Virus record (IMG/VR): IMGVR_UViG_3300044732_000442
Coordinates: 32,001-96,000 of that record
DNA length: 64,000 nt
Direction: 5' to 3' (one strand)
Source: a virus
The position numbers and the translations under genes are program-made. The stretch's first letter is position 1. Each line of letters starts with the position of its first letter. Shown one piece after another: positions 10,240-20,014 of the stretch. The notes beneath the pieces were generated by a model, which was not told where the DNA came from, did no database searches, and saw only the letters and a list, made by a program, of their open reading frames with translations.

Positions 10240-10839
10240 ATGGCAACAATATTACCTAAAAAGGCTGGTTTTGAACAGCCCATGGCACTGGATGATGATC
10301 ACCATGAACTATTAGCGGCTGATCCTACAATACAACAATTTCCACAAGGTAGTACATTTGGAGCTCCCGTAACAAACAGTTTTGGTAATGCACCACTAGG
10401 AGGTAATAGTATGAACATGGGCGGTTTTAATTCACCAGGGTCGTTCTCAAGTCCAAGCTTCAATCAACAATCAAGTTCAGGGTTTGGAAGCACACAAAAT
10501 GTTAATCAATCAAACAGCAATCAACCAGTACTCACAGGTGCCGCTCCAACAAATGCCGCTAGTGGAGCAGATGTATTAGTAGCAAATGATAATACAGATT
10601 GGATTAACAAAAAATGGCGTCCGGTTATGGGTTGGATATATATGCTAACTTGTACAATGGACTTTGTTGTATTCCCGATATTATGGAGTTTGTTACAAGC
10701 AATGAGTAAAGGTAGTGTTACAATGCAATGGCAACCATTAACATTACAAGGTGCTGGACTATACCATATCGCTATGGGTGCTGTTCTTGGTATCGCAGCT
10801 TATGGGCGAACAAAAGAAAAAATTGAAGGAAAATCATAA
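10240..10839 (+). CDS. Holin-like membrane protein (3TM GTA-type) with long low-complexity N-terminus
   Basis: KWRPVMGW followed by hydrophobic helices and LGIAAYGRTKEK C-terminus. Confidence 0.7.
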   Translation: MATILPKKAGFEQPMALDDDHHELLAADPTIQQFPQGSTFGAPVTNSFGNAPLGGNSMNMGGFNSPGSFSSPSFNQQSSSGFGSTQNVNQSNSNQPVLTGAAPTNAASGADVLVANDNTDWINKKWRPVMGWIYMLTCTMDFVVFPILWSLLQAMSKGSVTMQWQPLTLQGAGLYHIAMGAVLGIAAYGRTKEKIEGKS

Positions 10840-10845
10840 TAAATA

Positions 10846-10874
10846 TTGACTTAACACACTAACTGTGTTACACT
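10846..10874 (+). promoter_or_regulatory. Sigma70-type promoter
   Basis: TTGACT-N17-TACACT upstream of dnaJ. Confidence 0.55.
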
Positions 10875-10881
10875 TGATATT

Positions 10882-11679
10882 ATGACAGATCATTACTCCA
10901 CATTAGGCGTTGGTAAAAATGCTAATGCCGAAGAAATTAAAAAAGCATATAGAAAATTAGCAGGTAAACATCACCCTGATAAAGGTGGTGATACTGCTAC
11001 ATTTCAAAAGATTGAAGAAGCATATCGCATTCTTTCTGATCCACAACAAAAACAACAATATGATAATCCTATGACTCAGGGTAATCCATTTCAAGGATTC
11101 CCGGGTGGAGGTTTCCAATTCAATATGAATGGGTTTAATATGGATGAAATATTTGGTCAAATGTTTAGACAACATAACCATCAACAACAAAATACATATA
11201 GAACTACATATTGGATTAGTTTAGAACAAGTATACAATGGCGGTGACGAAGTATTAAAACTACAAACTCCTACTGGATTACATATGGTTAAAGTAAATAT
11301 TCCAAAAGGGATACATGACGGTGGGCAAGTGCGTTATGAAAAAGTAGTTAATTCATCAGATTTGATTGTGGAATATAGAATACATAATCACTTAAAATAT
11401 GAAAGAAAAATGAATGATTTGTATGCCAATTATTCTATATCAATATTAGATTTAATTGTTGGCACATCATTTGAATTTACTACTATTAGTGGTAGAACTT
11501 TAGAAGTAACGGTAGCTCCAAAAACTCAACCATATATGCATTTAAAACTAAGTAATCATGGCATGCCAATACAAGGTACTAATGCGTATGGCGACCAAAT
11601 CATCTTGCTAAAAACCTATATGCCTGATATTATAGACAGTCGTATAACTGATAGCATTTTGCAATCTAAAACACAGTAA
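10882..11679 (+). CDS. dnaJ: DnaJ/CbpA-type co-chaperone
   Basis: J-domain with HPD, G/F region and C-terminal DnaJ_C domain; no Zn finger. Confidence 0.9.
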   Translation: MTDHYSTLGVGKNANAEEIKKAYRKLAGKHHPDKGGDTATFQKIEEAYRILSDPQQKQQYDNPMTQGNPFQGFPGGGFQFNMNGFNMDEIFGQMFRQHNHQQQNTYRTTYWISLEQVYNGGDEVLKLQTPTGLHMVKVNIPKGIHDGGQVRYEKVVNSSDLIVEYRIHNHLKYERKMNDLYANYSISILDLIVGTSFEFTTISGRTLEVTVAPKTQPYMHLKLSNHGMPIQGTNAYGDQIILLKTYMPDIIDSRITDSILQSKTQ

Positions 11680-11703
11680 ATATTATTTTTAAAGGAACTG
11701 GAT

Positions 11704-13980
11704 GTGAATAATTCACCCGAAATTGAAGCCATTATTGAACAGGCTATAGAGTTGTCCAAACAACGTAAACATGAATATTGCACAATTGAACACTTACTAT
11801 TGTCTCTTATCACACATACTCCATTTAAAAAATGTTTAGATAGTTTTGGGTGTGATACTCAAACTATGGTAGTAGAGGTTACTTCATATATTGATAGTTT
11901 ACATGCTATCGTTGCAAAAGTAGATCCTGCTATTCAGGTGCAACCTAGAAAAACAAACAGTTTAGAACGGGTAATGAATCGTTCAGTAACTCAAGTACTC
12001 TTTACTGGGCGCAGGCAAGTAACTACTATTGATTTGTATTTAAGTATCGCAAGTGAAGGTAATAGTCATGCACATTACTTCTTACTAAAATACGGTATTC
12101 ATAAAAATGAATTTGTTGCACATTGGCAAAAAACTTATAAAGGTGCTGAATTTACTGCAAAACTTTCTGAAAGTCAAGCAGATGAAATCTTGGAAGAATA
12201 TACAACTAATCTAACTGATTTAGCACGTACAGGTAAATTAGAACCCTTGATTGGACGTAGCACAGAACTAGATGATATTGTTAACGTTCTTGCTAAAAGA
12301 TTCAAATCAAATGTATTGATGGTAGGTGATCCAGGTGTGGGTAAAACAGCAATTGCTGAAGGGCTTGCTACAATGATTGTAGATAAAACTGTACCTGAAT
12401 TCTTACACGGACATGAATTGTATTCACTTGAAGTGGGTGCATTACTTGCTGGAAGTAAATATCGTGGTGACTTTGAAGAAAAAGTCAAACAAGTATTAGA
12501 TGCATTGAACACTAAGAAAAATTCAGTATTGTTTATTGACGAAGCTCATACTATGAAGGGTAGTGGTTCATCTAGTAGTGGTTCAATTGATTTTGCTAAT
12601 ATGATTAAACCTGCAATCACTAAAGGTACATTGAAAGTTATTGCAAGTACTACTTGGGAAGAATACTACGAATCATTTGAAAAGGATCGTGCATTAATGC
12701 GTAGATTCTATCGTGTTTCTATTGACGAGCCCTCACATGATAGTACCATTCGTATCCTTAAAGGTCTAAGTACCCGATTGAATGATTTTCACAATGTTGA
12801 AATTAGTGAAGAAGCTGTTGTTGCAGCCGTAGATAGTTCAGCACGTTATATTCATGACCGAAAGAATCCAGACAAAAGTATTGACCTGTTAGATGCGGCT
12901 TGTGCAAAACAACGTGTTGCAGGTAATAAAGGTGCAATTATTACTAAAGACTTGATCCATGATCAGGTTGAACGATTCACTGGTGTCCCTGCTGATAAAC
13001 TTAATGGTGATAACTTTGACCGTATCAATAGCCTTGAAGTTAATATCAAAGGCAAACTATATGGACAAGATGAAACAGTTGAACAAGTGTTAGAACGTAT
13101 ATATGTTTCATTCGCTGGAATCGGTAATGAACATAAACCTACAGCAAGCTTTATCTTCTTAGGCCCAACTGGTACAGGTAAAACAGAATTGGCTAAGTTG
13201 TTAAGTAAAAATCTTGACATGCCATTACTCAAATATGATATGTCAGAGTATAGTGAGAAACACTCTGTATCAAGTTTGATTGGTCCTCCACCTGGCTATG
13301 TTGGGTTCGGTGATAGTCAAGTAGGTGGCGGACGATTAATTAATGATTTGAGCAAGAACCCACATAGTATATTGTTGTTTGATGAAGTTGAAAAAGCTCA
13401 TCCGGATATCTTTAATATCTTTTTACAAATGTTAGATGAAGGTCATATCACTGGAAGTAACGGTAAAGAAGTTAACTGCAAGAATACTATCATTATTATG
13501 ACTAGTAATTTGGGTAGTAGTGATAGTGAGAAGAACAATATTGGATTCGGTAGCCAAGAAAAGACAGGTGAAGATGATAAAGCAATTAAAGAGTTTTTCA
13601 AACCTGAATTCAGAAATCGTATTGATTTGATTTGTAAGTTTGGTAAACTTAATACTCTTGCTATTAAGAAGATTGTGGTTAAGTTTACAGAAGAATTAAA
13701 GAAAGCTTTACTAGAAAAACATAATATTAGTTTGAATTTAAGTGAGCCAGTAGTTGATTACTTGGCTGATAAAGGATATGATAAGAATATGGGTGCTCGT
13801 CCATTAAGTCGTAAGATTGATGAATTGATTCGTGTACCACTAAGTAAGAAAGTATTGTTTGAACGTATTAAAAATGCTAGTGTAACTTGTGTTTTAGTAG
13901 ATGAAAAAATTGAATTTACTGTTGTTCAAAAATCAATAGCGAAAGTAGGAGAAGATGGGATCATTGAAATTAGCAACTGA
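11704..13980 (+). CDS. clpA: ClpA/ClpB-family AAA+ chaperone
   Basis: Clp N-domain; two AAA modules (GDPGVGKT, GPTGTGKT, FDEVEKAH, MGARP); no ClpB middle domain. Confidence 0.92.
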   Translation: MNNSPEIEAIIEQAIELSKQRKHEYCTIEHLLLSLITHTPFKKCLDSFGCDTQTMVVEVTSYIDSLHAIVAKVDPAIQVQPRKTNSLERVMNRSVTQVLFTGRRQVTTIDLYLSIASEGNSHAHYFLLKYGIHKNEFVAHWQKTYKGAEFTAKLSESQADEILEEYTTNLTDLARTGKLEPLIGRSTELDDIVNVLAKRFKSNVLMVGDPGVGKTAIAEGLATMIVDKTVPEFLHGHELYSLEVGALLAGSKYRGDFEEKVKQVLDALNTKKNSVLFIDEAHTMKGSGSSSSGSIDFANMIKPAITKGTLKVIASTTWEEYYESFEKDRALMRRFYRVSIDEPSHDSTIRILKGLSTRLNDFHNVEISEEAVVAAVDSSARYIHDRKNPDKSIDLLDAACAKQRVAGNKGAIITKDLIHDQVERFTGVPADKLNGDNFDRINSLEVNIKGKLYGQDETVEQVLERIYVSFAGIGNEHKPTASFIFLGPTGTGKTELAKLLSKNLDMPLLKYDMSEYSEKHSVSSLIGPPPGYVGFGDSQVGGGRLINDLSKNPHSILLFDEVEKAHPDIFNIFLQMLDEGHITGSNGKEVNCKNTIIIMTSNLGSSDSEKNNIGFGSQEKTGEDDKAIKEFFKPEFRNRIDLICKFGKLNTLAIKKIVVKFTEELKKALLEKHNISLNLSEPVVDYLADKGYDKNMGARPLSRKIDELIRVPLSKKVLFERIKNASVTCVLVDEKIEFTVVQKSIAKVGEDGIIEISN

Positions 13981-14680
13981 TACCCCGGGTATTGATTTTT
14001 ACGATTATCGGGATAGTGATTACTATAACAAATACAAGTATCGTGTAAGATTCTCTATAGAGGGTGTTAGATATGCTATGTATGAGAAAAACTTTGATGG
14101 GTTAATGAAGCGATATAATGCTATAACTGGTTGGAAAAAAATAAGAGATGCAGATAGGCCAGTTGTCACAGATAATCTAGAGGCTCTAGGGAAGTTTATA
14201 GATTTTCGTAATATGCTTAAGGAAAATAATACTGGATTAGTTCGTATTGAGAGTAGTAAGATATCAATCTTTAGTAATGATTTAGCCTTATTAAAAACAA
14301 GTGAAAGTATTAAAGCTGGTATCTTTTATGATTATACAGAGGTTAAAACAAATAATTTTGTAGGAATAAAGTCATTTGTCAAAGATCCTAAATATAAGTA
14401 TAGGGTTTATTTGAAATCTAAAATGATTCAAGAATCATTTGTTACGCAATTAGATGATTTATTGAACCGATCAAAAGACTTACATCCTAGCCCTTCATTA
14501 AAATACTGGTTAAAGGGATACAATAATACTGCTCCTTCATGGAGTTGGAGATATCGTTTTACTAGTGCTACTCATTTTATTGATTATGATGATGAAAGTA
14601 CATTAAGCTATCTAGCATTAATGCACGGGGATTATCTCGGAAAACGCTATAAATTAGAAAAACGACCAGAAGCTATCTAA
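13955..14680 (+). CDS. Hypothetical protein
   Basis: 241 aa ORF with aggag RBS inside clpA end. Confidence 0.65.
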   Translation: MGSLKLATDTPGIDFYDYRDSDYYNKYKYRVRFSIEGVRYAMYEKNFDGLMKRYNAITGWKKIRDADRPVVTDNLEALGKFIDFRNMLKENNTGLVRIESSKISIFSNDLALLKTSESIKAGIFYDYTEVKTNNFVGIKSFVKDPKYKYRVYLKSKMIQESFVTQLDDLLNRSKDLHPSPSLKYWLKGYNNTAPSWSWRYRFTSATHFIDYDDESTLSYLALMHGDYLGKRYKLEKRPEAI

Positions 14681-14715
14681 AATGATAAATACTCTAATAA
14701 AATGGAGTATTTACC

Positions 14716-14880
14716 ATGGCAAAGATTGTAACAGAATCAATCGTAATCACTTTTAGTAAGATAGTAAAAGATAATGATGAGGGTACTAGTATTACTAGCC
14801 CTGATATCCAAGCGGCTTTAGAACAAGTAGCCCAAGAATTAATTGGCGATAGTGTCGTTGTTGAGGTTGTAAAAGCATAA
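14716..14880 (+). CDS. Small hypothetical protein (54 aa, MAKIVTESIVITFSK...)
   Basis: Not in ORF track; ggag RBS, upstream gaTAAATA, stop overlaps next ATG. Confidence 0.7.
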   Translation: MAKIVTESIVITFSKIVKDNDEGTSITSPDIQAALEQVAQELIGDSVVVEVVKA

Positions 14881-15266
14881 TGAGCCAATCAACTACTCTT
14901 ATCCTATTGCCACAAACAGCATATGTTAACCCAGGCAATGGGGCACCCTATACCGTAACTGGTAACAGTCAACCCGCTGCCGCATATTATTTAGGCAATA
15001 AAGACTTACAAACAGTTAATATTAATTTGACAAATTGTACCGGAAATATTACAATTGAAGCAAGTTTAGCTACTACACCAAGTAGTACAGATTGGTTCAA
15101 AGTATATGAGTTAGAAGCTAATGCAAATGCGGCAGCAAACTCTGCCCCTCAGATTGCAAGCAATGCTTCTGTTTACACAAATGTAAATGGTAACTTTGTT
15201 TATATGAGAGCTAAGGTAGTAGATTTTGAAGGTGGTCTAGTTAATTTTGTAAAGCTAAGTTATTGA
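14880..15266 (+). CDS. Hypothetical beta-rich (likely virion) protein
   Basis: 128 aa, late-gene context. Confidence 0.6.
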   Translation: MSQSTTLILLPQTAYVNPGNGAPYTVTGNSQPAAAYYLGNKDLQTVNINLTNCTGNITIEASLATTPSSTDWFKVYELEANANAAANSAPQIASNASVYTNVNGNFVYMRAKVVDFEGGLVNFVKLSY

Positions 15267-15267
15267 T

Positions 15268-16728
15268 ATGAGTACGATTGTTATAATGCCCGGAGGATTT
15301 CATCCCTTTCATGCTGGACATGCATCATTGTATCAATCCGCATTAAAAGCATTTTCGGGTGCTGATGTATATGTTGCGGCTACTAATGATACAAAGACAA
15401 GACCTTTCCCATTTGCTATTAAAGAAAAATTAGCTAAGGTAGCAGGTGTAGCTCCTGGACATTTTATACAAGTTAAAAGTCCCTTTCAACCTAGAGAAAT
15501 TACTGATAAGTTTAATCCAGAACAAGATGTAGTAATATTTGTTCGTAGTGAAAAGGATCGTAATGAGAGTCCTAAACCAGGTGGAACAAAGAAAGATGGT
15601 AGTCCAGCTTACTTTCAACCATATACAGGCAAAGATGTACAACCATTTGGCAAACATGCATATATGGCTTATTTACCTACAGTAGAATTTGGTCCTGGTA
15701 TTAGTAGTGCAACAGAGATACGTAATGCATGGCCTAAATTGAATGACAAACGTAAGACTGCAATGGTTATGAGTTTGTATCCAGCAACACAAAAGAATCC
15801 TAAATTAGCCGCTAACGTTGTTAAGATGTTAGATATGGGTATGGGTAATGAGTTAGCAGAAGGATTAATAAATGAATTTGTACCACCGAGTAGCGACAGA
15901 GGTGGCGGGGATGATAGAAGTCGTAGAATAAGAAAACTATTAGAAATTGCTATACAAGTAGCAAAGGAAAAAAATGTTGATGAATTGGGTATGATTCATG
16001 CTATGAATATGATAGCAGGTGATGAATTTTTCAATACAGCAGTTGAAGGTATACTACCAGATATAACAGATAAAGAATATATGTTTGTGCTACAGAGTGC
16101 TTATAAAACAGTAAAGCAAGGTTTGGCGGAAGGTGATGTTGTTCCATTCAAACAACCATCAAAAACATTAACGTGGCAACAAGTACCTAAAGATATTTTG
16201 ATGTTAGCAAATGATTGGTTTTGGGCAAGTGAAGATAACTCAGGTCTTGCCGCTACGATAGATCCTGATGGTTTCGGTAATGGTACTGCTAATGATGTAA
16301 AGTATAATGCCGCTAAACTTCAACAAAAAGGTTGGACAATTGATTTTAATGATGAATATGATGGGCCGGGTGAGTTCAATCTAAGACTTACTAACAATCG
16401 TGGACAAAATGTATTGTTGTCTATTGAAGATGCTCAGACATTTACTGGCTGGGCAAAGGGTACTAGTCAGTATGATTTAGAAGAAGGCCCTATAGTTAAA
16501 CGTATTGTTCATCCTAACAAGATTAATATCTATGTAAGACCAGGTGGTAATAAACCTCCTTTACTTGTCGCAACAGATATTCCTTATAAAATATTTGATA
16601 AGTATGTAAACAAAGCTATACAAAAATACCCACAGTTTAAACAAACTGATTTCTCATTCAAATCTTCAGATAAAATTAAGGAAGAAACTAATTTATCCGA
16701 AAGTGCTGATTACTTAGACGAAAATTAA
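15268..16728 (+). CDS. Cytidylyltransferase-like (HxGH) domain fused to extra modules
   Basis: PGGFHPFHAGH and ISSATEIR motifs; downstream segments delimited by ELAE/LINE/QGLAE/DLEE. Confidence 0.75.
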   Translation: MSTIVIMPGGFHPFHAGHASLYQSALKAFSGADVYVAATNDTKTRPFPFAIKEKLAKVAGVAPGHFIQVKSPFQPREITDKFNPEQDVVIFVRSEKDRNESPKPGGTKKDGSPAYFQPYTGKDVQPFGKHAYMAYLPTVEFGPGISSATEIRNAWPKLNDKRKTAMVMSLYPATQKNPKLAANVVKMLDMGMGNELAEGLINEFVPPSSDRGGGDDRSRRIRKLLEIAIQVAKEKNVDELGMIHAMNMIAGDEFFNTAVEGILPDITDKEYMFVLQSAYKTVKQGLAEGDVVPFKQPSKTLTWQQVPKDILMLANDWFWASEDNSGLAATIDPDGFGNGTANDVKYNAAKLQQKGWTIDFNDEYDGPGEFNLRLTNNRGQNVLLSIEDAQTFTGWAKGTSQYDLEEGPIVKRIVHPNKINIYVRPGGNKPPLLVATDIPYKIFDKYVNKAIQKYPQFKQTDFSFKSSDKIKEETNLSESADYLDEN

Positions 16729-16785
16729 AAATATTTTGATCACCTCGTTTTGATGTAAATATTACTATCTTAACAAGAGGATCAA

Positions 16786-17733
16786 ATGGCAACTAAGAAA
16801 ACAACTGAAAAGGCAATTGCAAAACCAGCAAAAGCCGCAACTAAAGCACCGGCTAAGGCTAAATCTACAAAAACAGTTCCTGTAGAAAAAATACAGGAAA
16901 TTGCCGCACAAGCAGCCGCAAATCCACCGGCAGCACCAGCTCCGGGACAAGTACAAGTTAATGTAGACTTTTTAAAAACTACTAAAGTACATATCGCTAT
17001 GCCATGTTATGGTGGTATGTTAACTGAATCAACATTCATGAGTTTCATCAAGTGGGCTAATACTGCCCGTCAACTTGGTATTGATTGGACATTAGAAACA
17101 ATGGTTAATGAATCACTCATTAGCCGAGCACGTAACACATTGACTGCTAAGTTCCTAGATATGCCAGAAGCAACACACTTATTCTTTGTTGACGCTGACA
17201 TTGGTTGGGAGCCATGGCACTTACTAGTATTATTGAACCGTGACGTAGATGTTATTGGTGGATTGTACCCAATGAAGACAATGCCAATCAAATGGGTTGT
17301 TAACGGATTTGAAGGTGCAGAAGAAGGTCCAGATGGACTACAAGAAGTATCTAAAGCAGGTACAGGTTTCTTGTTGATGAAGAAACATGTGTTTGAGAAA
17401 ATGAAGTCTCATCCAGCTGTTAAACAATATAAGAACGACATTGGATTAGATCCAAAGTTTGACCAACACTTGAAAACATATTTTGACACAGCAGTTCGTC
17501 AGAATCGTTATTATAGTGAAGATTGGACATTCTGTGAAAACTGGCGTGATATGGGTGGCAAGATTTGGATGGACAAACGTGTATTGTTACGTCATTCAGG
17601 ATCATATGTTTTCTGTATGGAGAATCAAGAACACTTGATGAAAACTGTAGGACCCATGTTCTTACAAGAACAACAAGAAAAGCACGGCATGAAGTTTATT
17701 GATAAAGACGGCAACGAAATTAAGAAACTATAA
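16786..17733 (+). CDS. Glycosyltransferase (GT-A-like) with K/A-rich N-terminal tail
   Basis: AMPCYGG, ESLISRARN, FFVDAD (DxD), GTGFLL, SEDWTFC. Confidence 0.75.
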   Translation: MATKKTTEKAIAKPAKAATKAPAKAKSTKTVPVEKIQEIAAQAAANPPAAPAPGQVQVNVDFLKTTKVHIAMPCYGGMLTESTFMSFIKWANTARQLGIDWTLETMVNESLISRARNTLTAKFLDMPEATHLFFVDADIGWEPWHLLVLLNRDVDVIGGLYPMKTMPIKWVVNGFEGAEEGPDGLQEVSKAGTGFLLMKKHVFEKMKSHPAVKQYKNDIGLDPKFDQHLKTYFDTAVRQNRYYSEDWTFCENWRDMGGKIWMDKRVLLRHSGSYVFCMENQEHLMKTVGPMFLQEQQEKHGMKFIDKDGNEIKKL

Positions 17734-17734
17734 C

Positions 17735-17756
17735 AAAAGCCCCGAAAGGGGCTTTT
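17735..17756 (+). terminator. Intrinsic terminator
   Basis: aaaagcccc-gaaa-ggggctttt. Confidence 0.85.
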
Positions 17757-17799
17757 AACTGGATTTGACTAAATACTACGTGAAAACAAAAGGAATATT

Positions 17800-18732
17800 A
17801 TGCAACTTGACAATGTAACTATTAGTGGTGGATTTGCTTATACAGTAGGAGCTCCCACTCAAGCAACAGCAGGATGGTATGGTGGAGGTAGAGCACCATC
17901 ATCTGTATCTACCGTGCAAAGAATAACTTTTGCAACTGACACCTCAACAGCAAGTGTACGTGGTCCATTAAGCTTCATCGTATCTCAATTTGCCGCGGCC
18001 GGCAATACAACTAACGGATGGTTTGGCGGAGGTTATACAGAGCCTGGACAAACATCTACAGTTCAACGAATAACATACGCAACAGATACAGCAACAGCGA
18101 CAGCACGTGGTCCTTTAAGTTTAACACTAAGTGGTTTAGTAGCCACCGGTAATACAACTGACGGTTGGTTTGGCGGAGCCTTTTCCATATCAACCGTAAA
18201 TAGGATCACTTATTCAACAGATACAGCAACTGCATCGGTTCGAGGTCCATTTAGCGCAAGTAAACTATTTTCGGCAGCAGCCGGTAATACAACTGACGGA
18301 TGGTTTTTTGGAGGCAGAGGATCTGAGTCGGTAGTAAATCGTATAACATATGCAACAGATACAAATACTGCAAGTGTACGTGGTCCGGTAAGTTTTGGTG
18401 TTGAGGCAGCAGCCGGTACCGGCAACACCACCGACGGATGGTTTGGAGGTGGTTATTCACCGGGCAATGGGAGGATTAGTACTATACAACGAATAACATA
18501 CTCAACAGATACAGCAACAGCAAGTGTTCGTGGTCCTTTAAGTGTAGCCGGGAGTTCCTGGTCTGCATCTAGTGACACCACATATGGATGGTTTGGTGGA
18601 GGTTATGTCGTTCCTAATATAATATCTACAATTCAACGAATAACTTTTGCAACAGATACTGTAACAGCGACAGCACGTGGACCGTTAAGTCTAGCAAGCC
18701 GACAGTTGGCCAGTGCATCCGGTATACAATAA
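17800..18732 (+). CDS. Repeat protein type A, six ~48-aa repeats (beta-propeller-like adhesin)
   Basis: 6x GWF/YGG...STVQRITYATDTATASVRGPLS. Confidence 0.75.
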   Translation: MQLDNVTISGGFAYTVGAPTQATAGWYGGGRAPSSVSTVQRITFATDTSTASVRGPLSFIVSQFAAAGNTTNGWFGGGYTEPGQTSTVQRITYATDTATATARGPLSLTLSGLVATGNTTDGWFGGAFSISTVNRITYSTDTATASVRGPFSASKLFSAAAGNTTDGWFFGGRGSESVVNRITYATDTNTASVRGPVSFGVEAAAGTGNTTDGWFGGGYSPGNGRISTIQRITYSTDTATASVRGPLSVAGSSWSASSDTTYGWFGGGYVVPNIISTIQRITFATDTVTATARGPLSLASRQLASASGIQ

Positions 18733-18735
18733 AAT

Positions 18736-19959
18736 ATGGACTTAAAAGAACTACATTCATTCAAAATGTCAGATGCAGTGACATTTCACGATAACCTCAA
18801 TCCAAAATTATTTCGTGGTCAGCACTTACAGCCTGAAGTAGAACTACAACTAAAAAATATAGCACAAGATTTCTTACAAGAGATGGGGATACATGATTTA
18901 GATGTACGAGATATCACTATCTCTGGAAGTAATGCAGCCTATAGCTACACAGACCATAGCGACTTAGATTTACATATATTAGTCAATATGAAGGATCTAC
19001 CAGACGATGACATTTACCATGAATTCTTCAAAGCTAAAAAAGATTTATACAACGATTCACATGATATCACTATCAATGGAATTCCAGTAGAATTGTATAT
19101 ACAGGATGCGGCAGAACCTGTAACTAGTTTAGGTGAATATAGTGTTAAAGATAAGAAATGGTTGCGTTTGCCAACTAAACGTAGAGCAAATTTTGACCAA
19201 ACAGCTACTAAAGCAAAATATACAAAACTATTAGATATTATTGATACAGCATTACAATCTAATAAAATAGGTAAAGTTAATAAAATATTAAAAAAGATTA
19301 AGCAATATCGTCAAGCTGGCTTAGATAAAGGTGGAGAGTTTGGACCTGAAAATCTAGCATATAAAGCATTACGTAGCCGTGGATATATTACAAAACTATA
19401 TGATTTAAGAGATAGATTACATAGCAAACATTTGAGTTTAGATAACATGTATGCTAATGTAGATGAAGATTATGATCCAAATGGACCTCCACCTGGTCCA
19501 GAGTTTAAGCCAACAATGCCTGCCGGTACAGTTAAAGTAGATGTAAGTGATGTATATGATTGGTATAAACTAGGTCAACATATTAGCAATCTTGATGGTT
19601 TAGGTAAACATGATTTTGGTCAAGGTCCTCCTAGCACTATTCTTGCGTTTGGCGATGAAGATACTGAACATAAATATATTAAAGATTTAGAAAAAACAGG
19701 ATTGACAACAACGGATATTGATCCAGTTGATATTAATCAGCCTAAAGGTATGAAACGTCAGAAGACTGATCCTACATACAATGTGGGCGAAGCCTCAGGT
19801 TATATACCATCTGAAAAAGAGAAAAAAGACCCACGTTTTAGTACAGCATTAACAGTAGATGTTAAGCCTGACAGCATCAAAAAGAACGCAAAAGCATTCT
19901 ATTGGAATACAAGTAGAGCGGGTATTCCACCAACAGCAAAGCCATCAGGCAAAATCTAA
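18736..19959 (+). CDS. Pol-beta-superfamily nucleotidyltransferase with appended modules
   Basis: GSNAAY...SDLDLH and VELYIQD catalytic pattern. Confidence 0.7.
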   Translation: MDLKELHSFKMSDAVTFHDNLNPKLFRGQHLQPEVELQLKNIAQDFLQEMGIHDLDVRDITISGSNAAYSYTDHSDLDLHILVNMKDLPDDDIYHEFFKAKKDLYNDSHDITINGIPVELYIQDAAEPVTSLGEYSVKDKKWLRLPTKRRANFDQTATKAKYTKLLDIIDTALQSNKIGKVNKILKKIKQYRQAGLDKGGEFGPENLAYKALRSRGYITKLYDLRDRLHSKHLSLDNMYANVDEDYDPNGPPPGPEFKPTMPAGTVKVDVSDVYDWYKLGQHISNLDGLGKHDFGQGPPSTILAFGDEDTEHKYIKDLEKTGLTTTDIDPVDINQPKGMKRQKTDPTYNVGEASGYIPSEKEKKDPRFSTALTVDVKPDSIKKNAKAFYWNTSRAGIPPTAKPSGKI

Positions 19960-20014
19960 TAAGTTTCCATATTATGGTATTTTGATAAATACACTATTAG
20001 TATGGAAATCCGTT

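Noticed and set aside
14694-14888. Minus-strand 64-aa ORF
   Set aside because: Shadow of a + strand 54-aa gene (14716..14880) with RBS and late promoter
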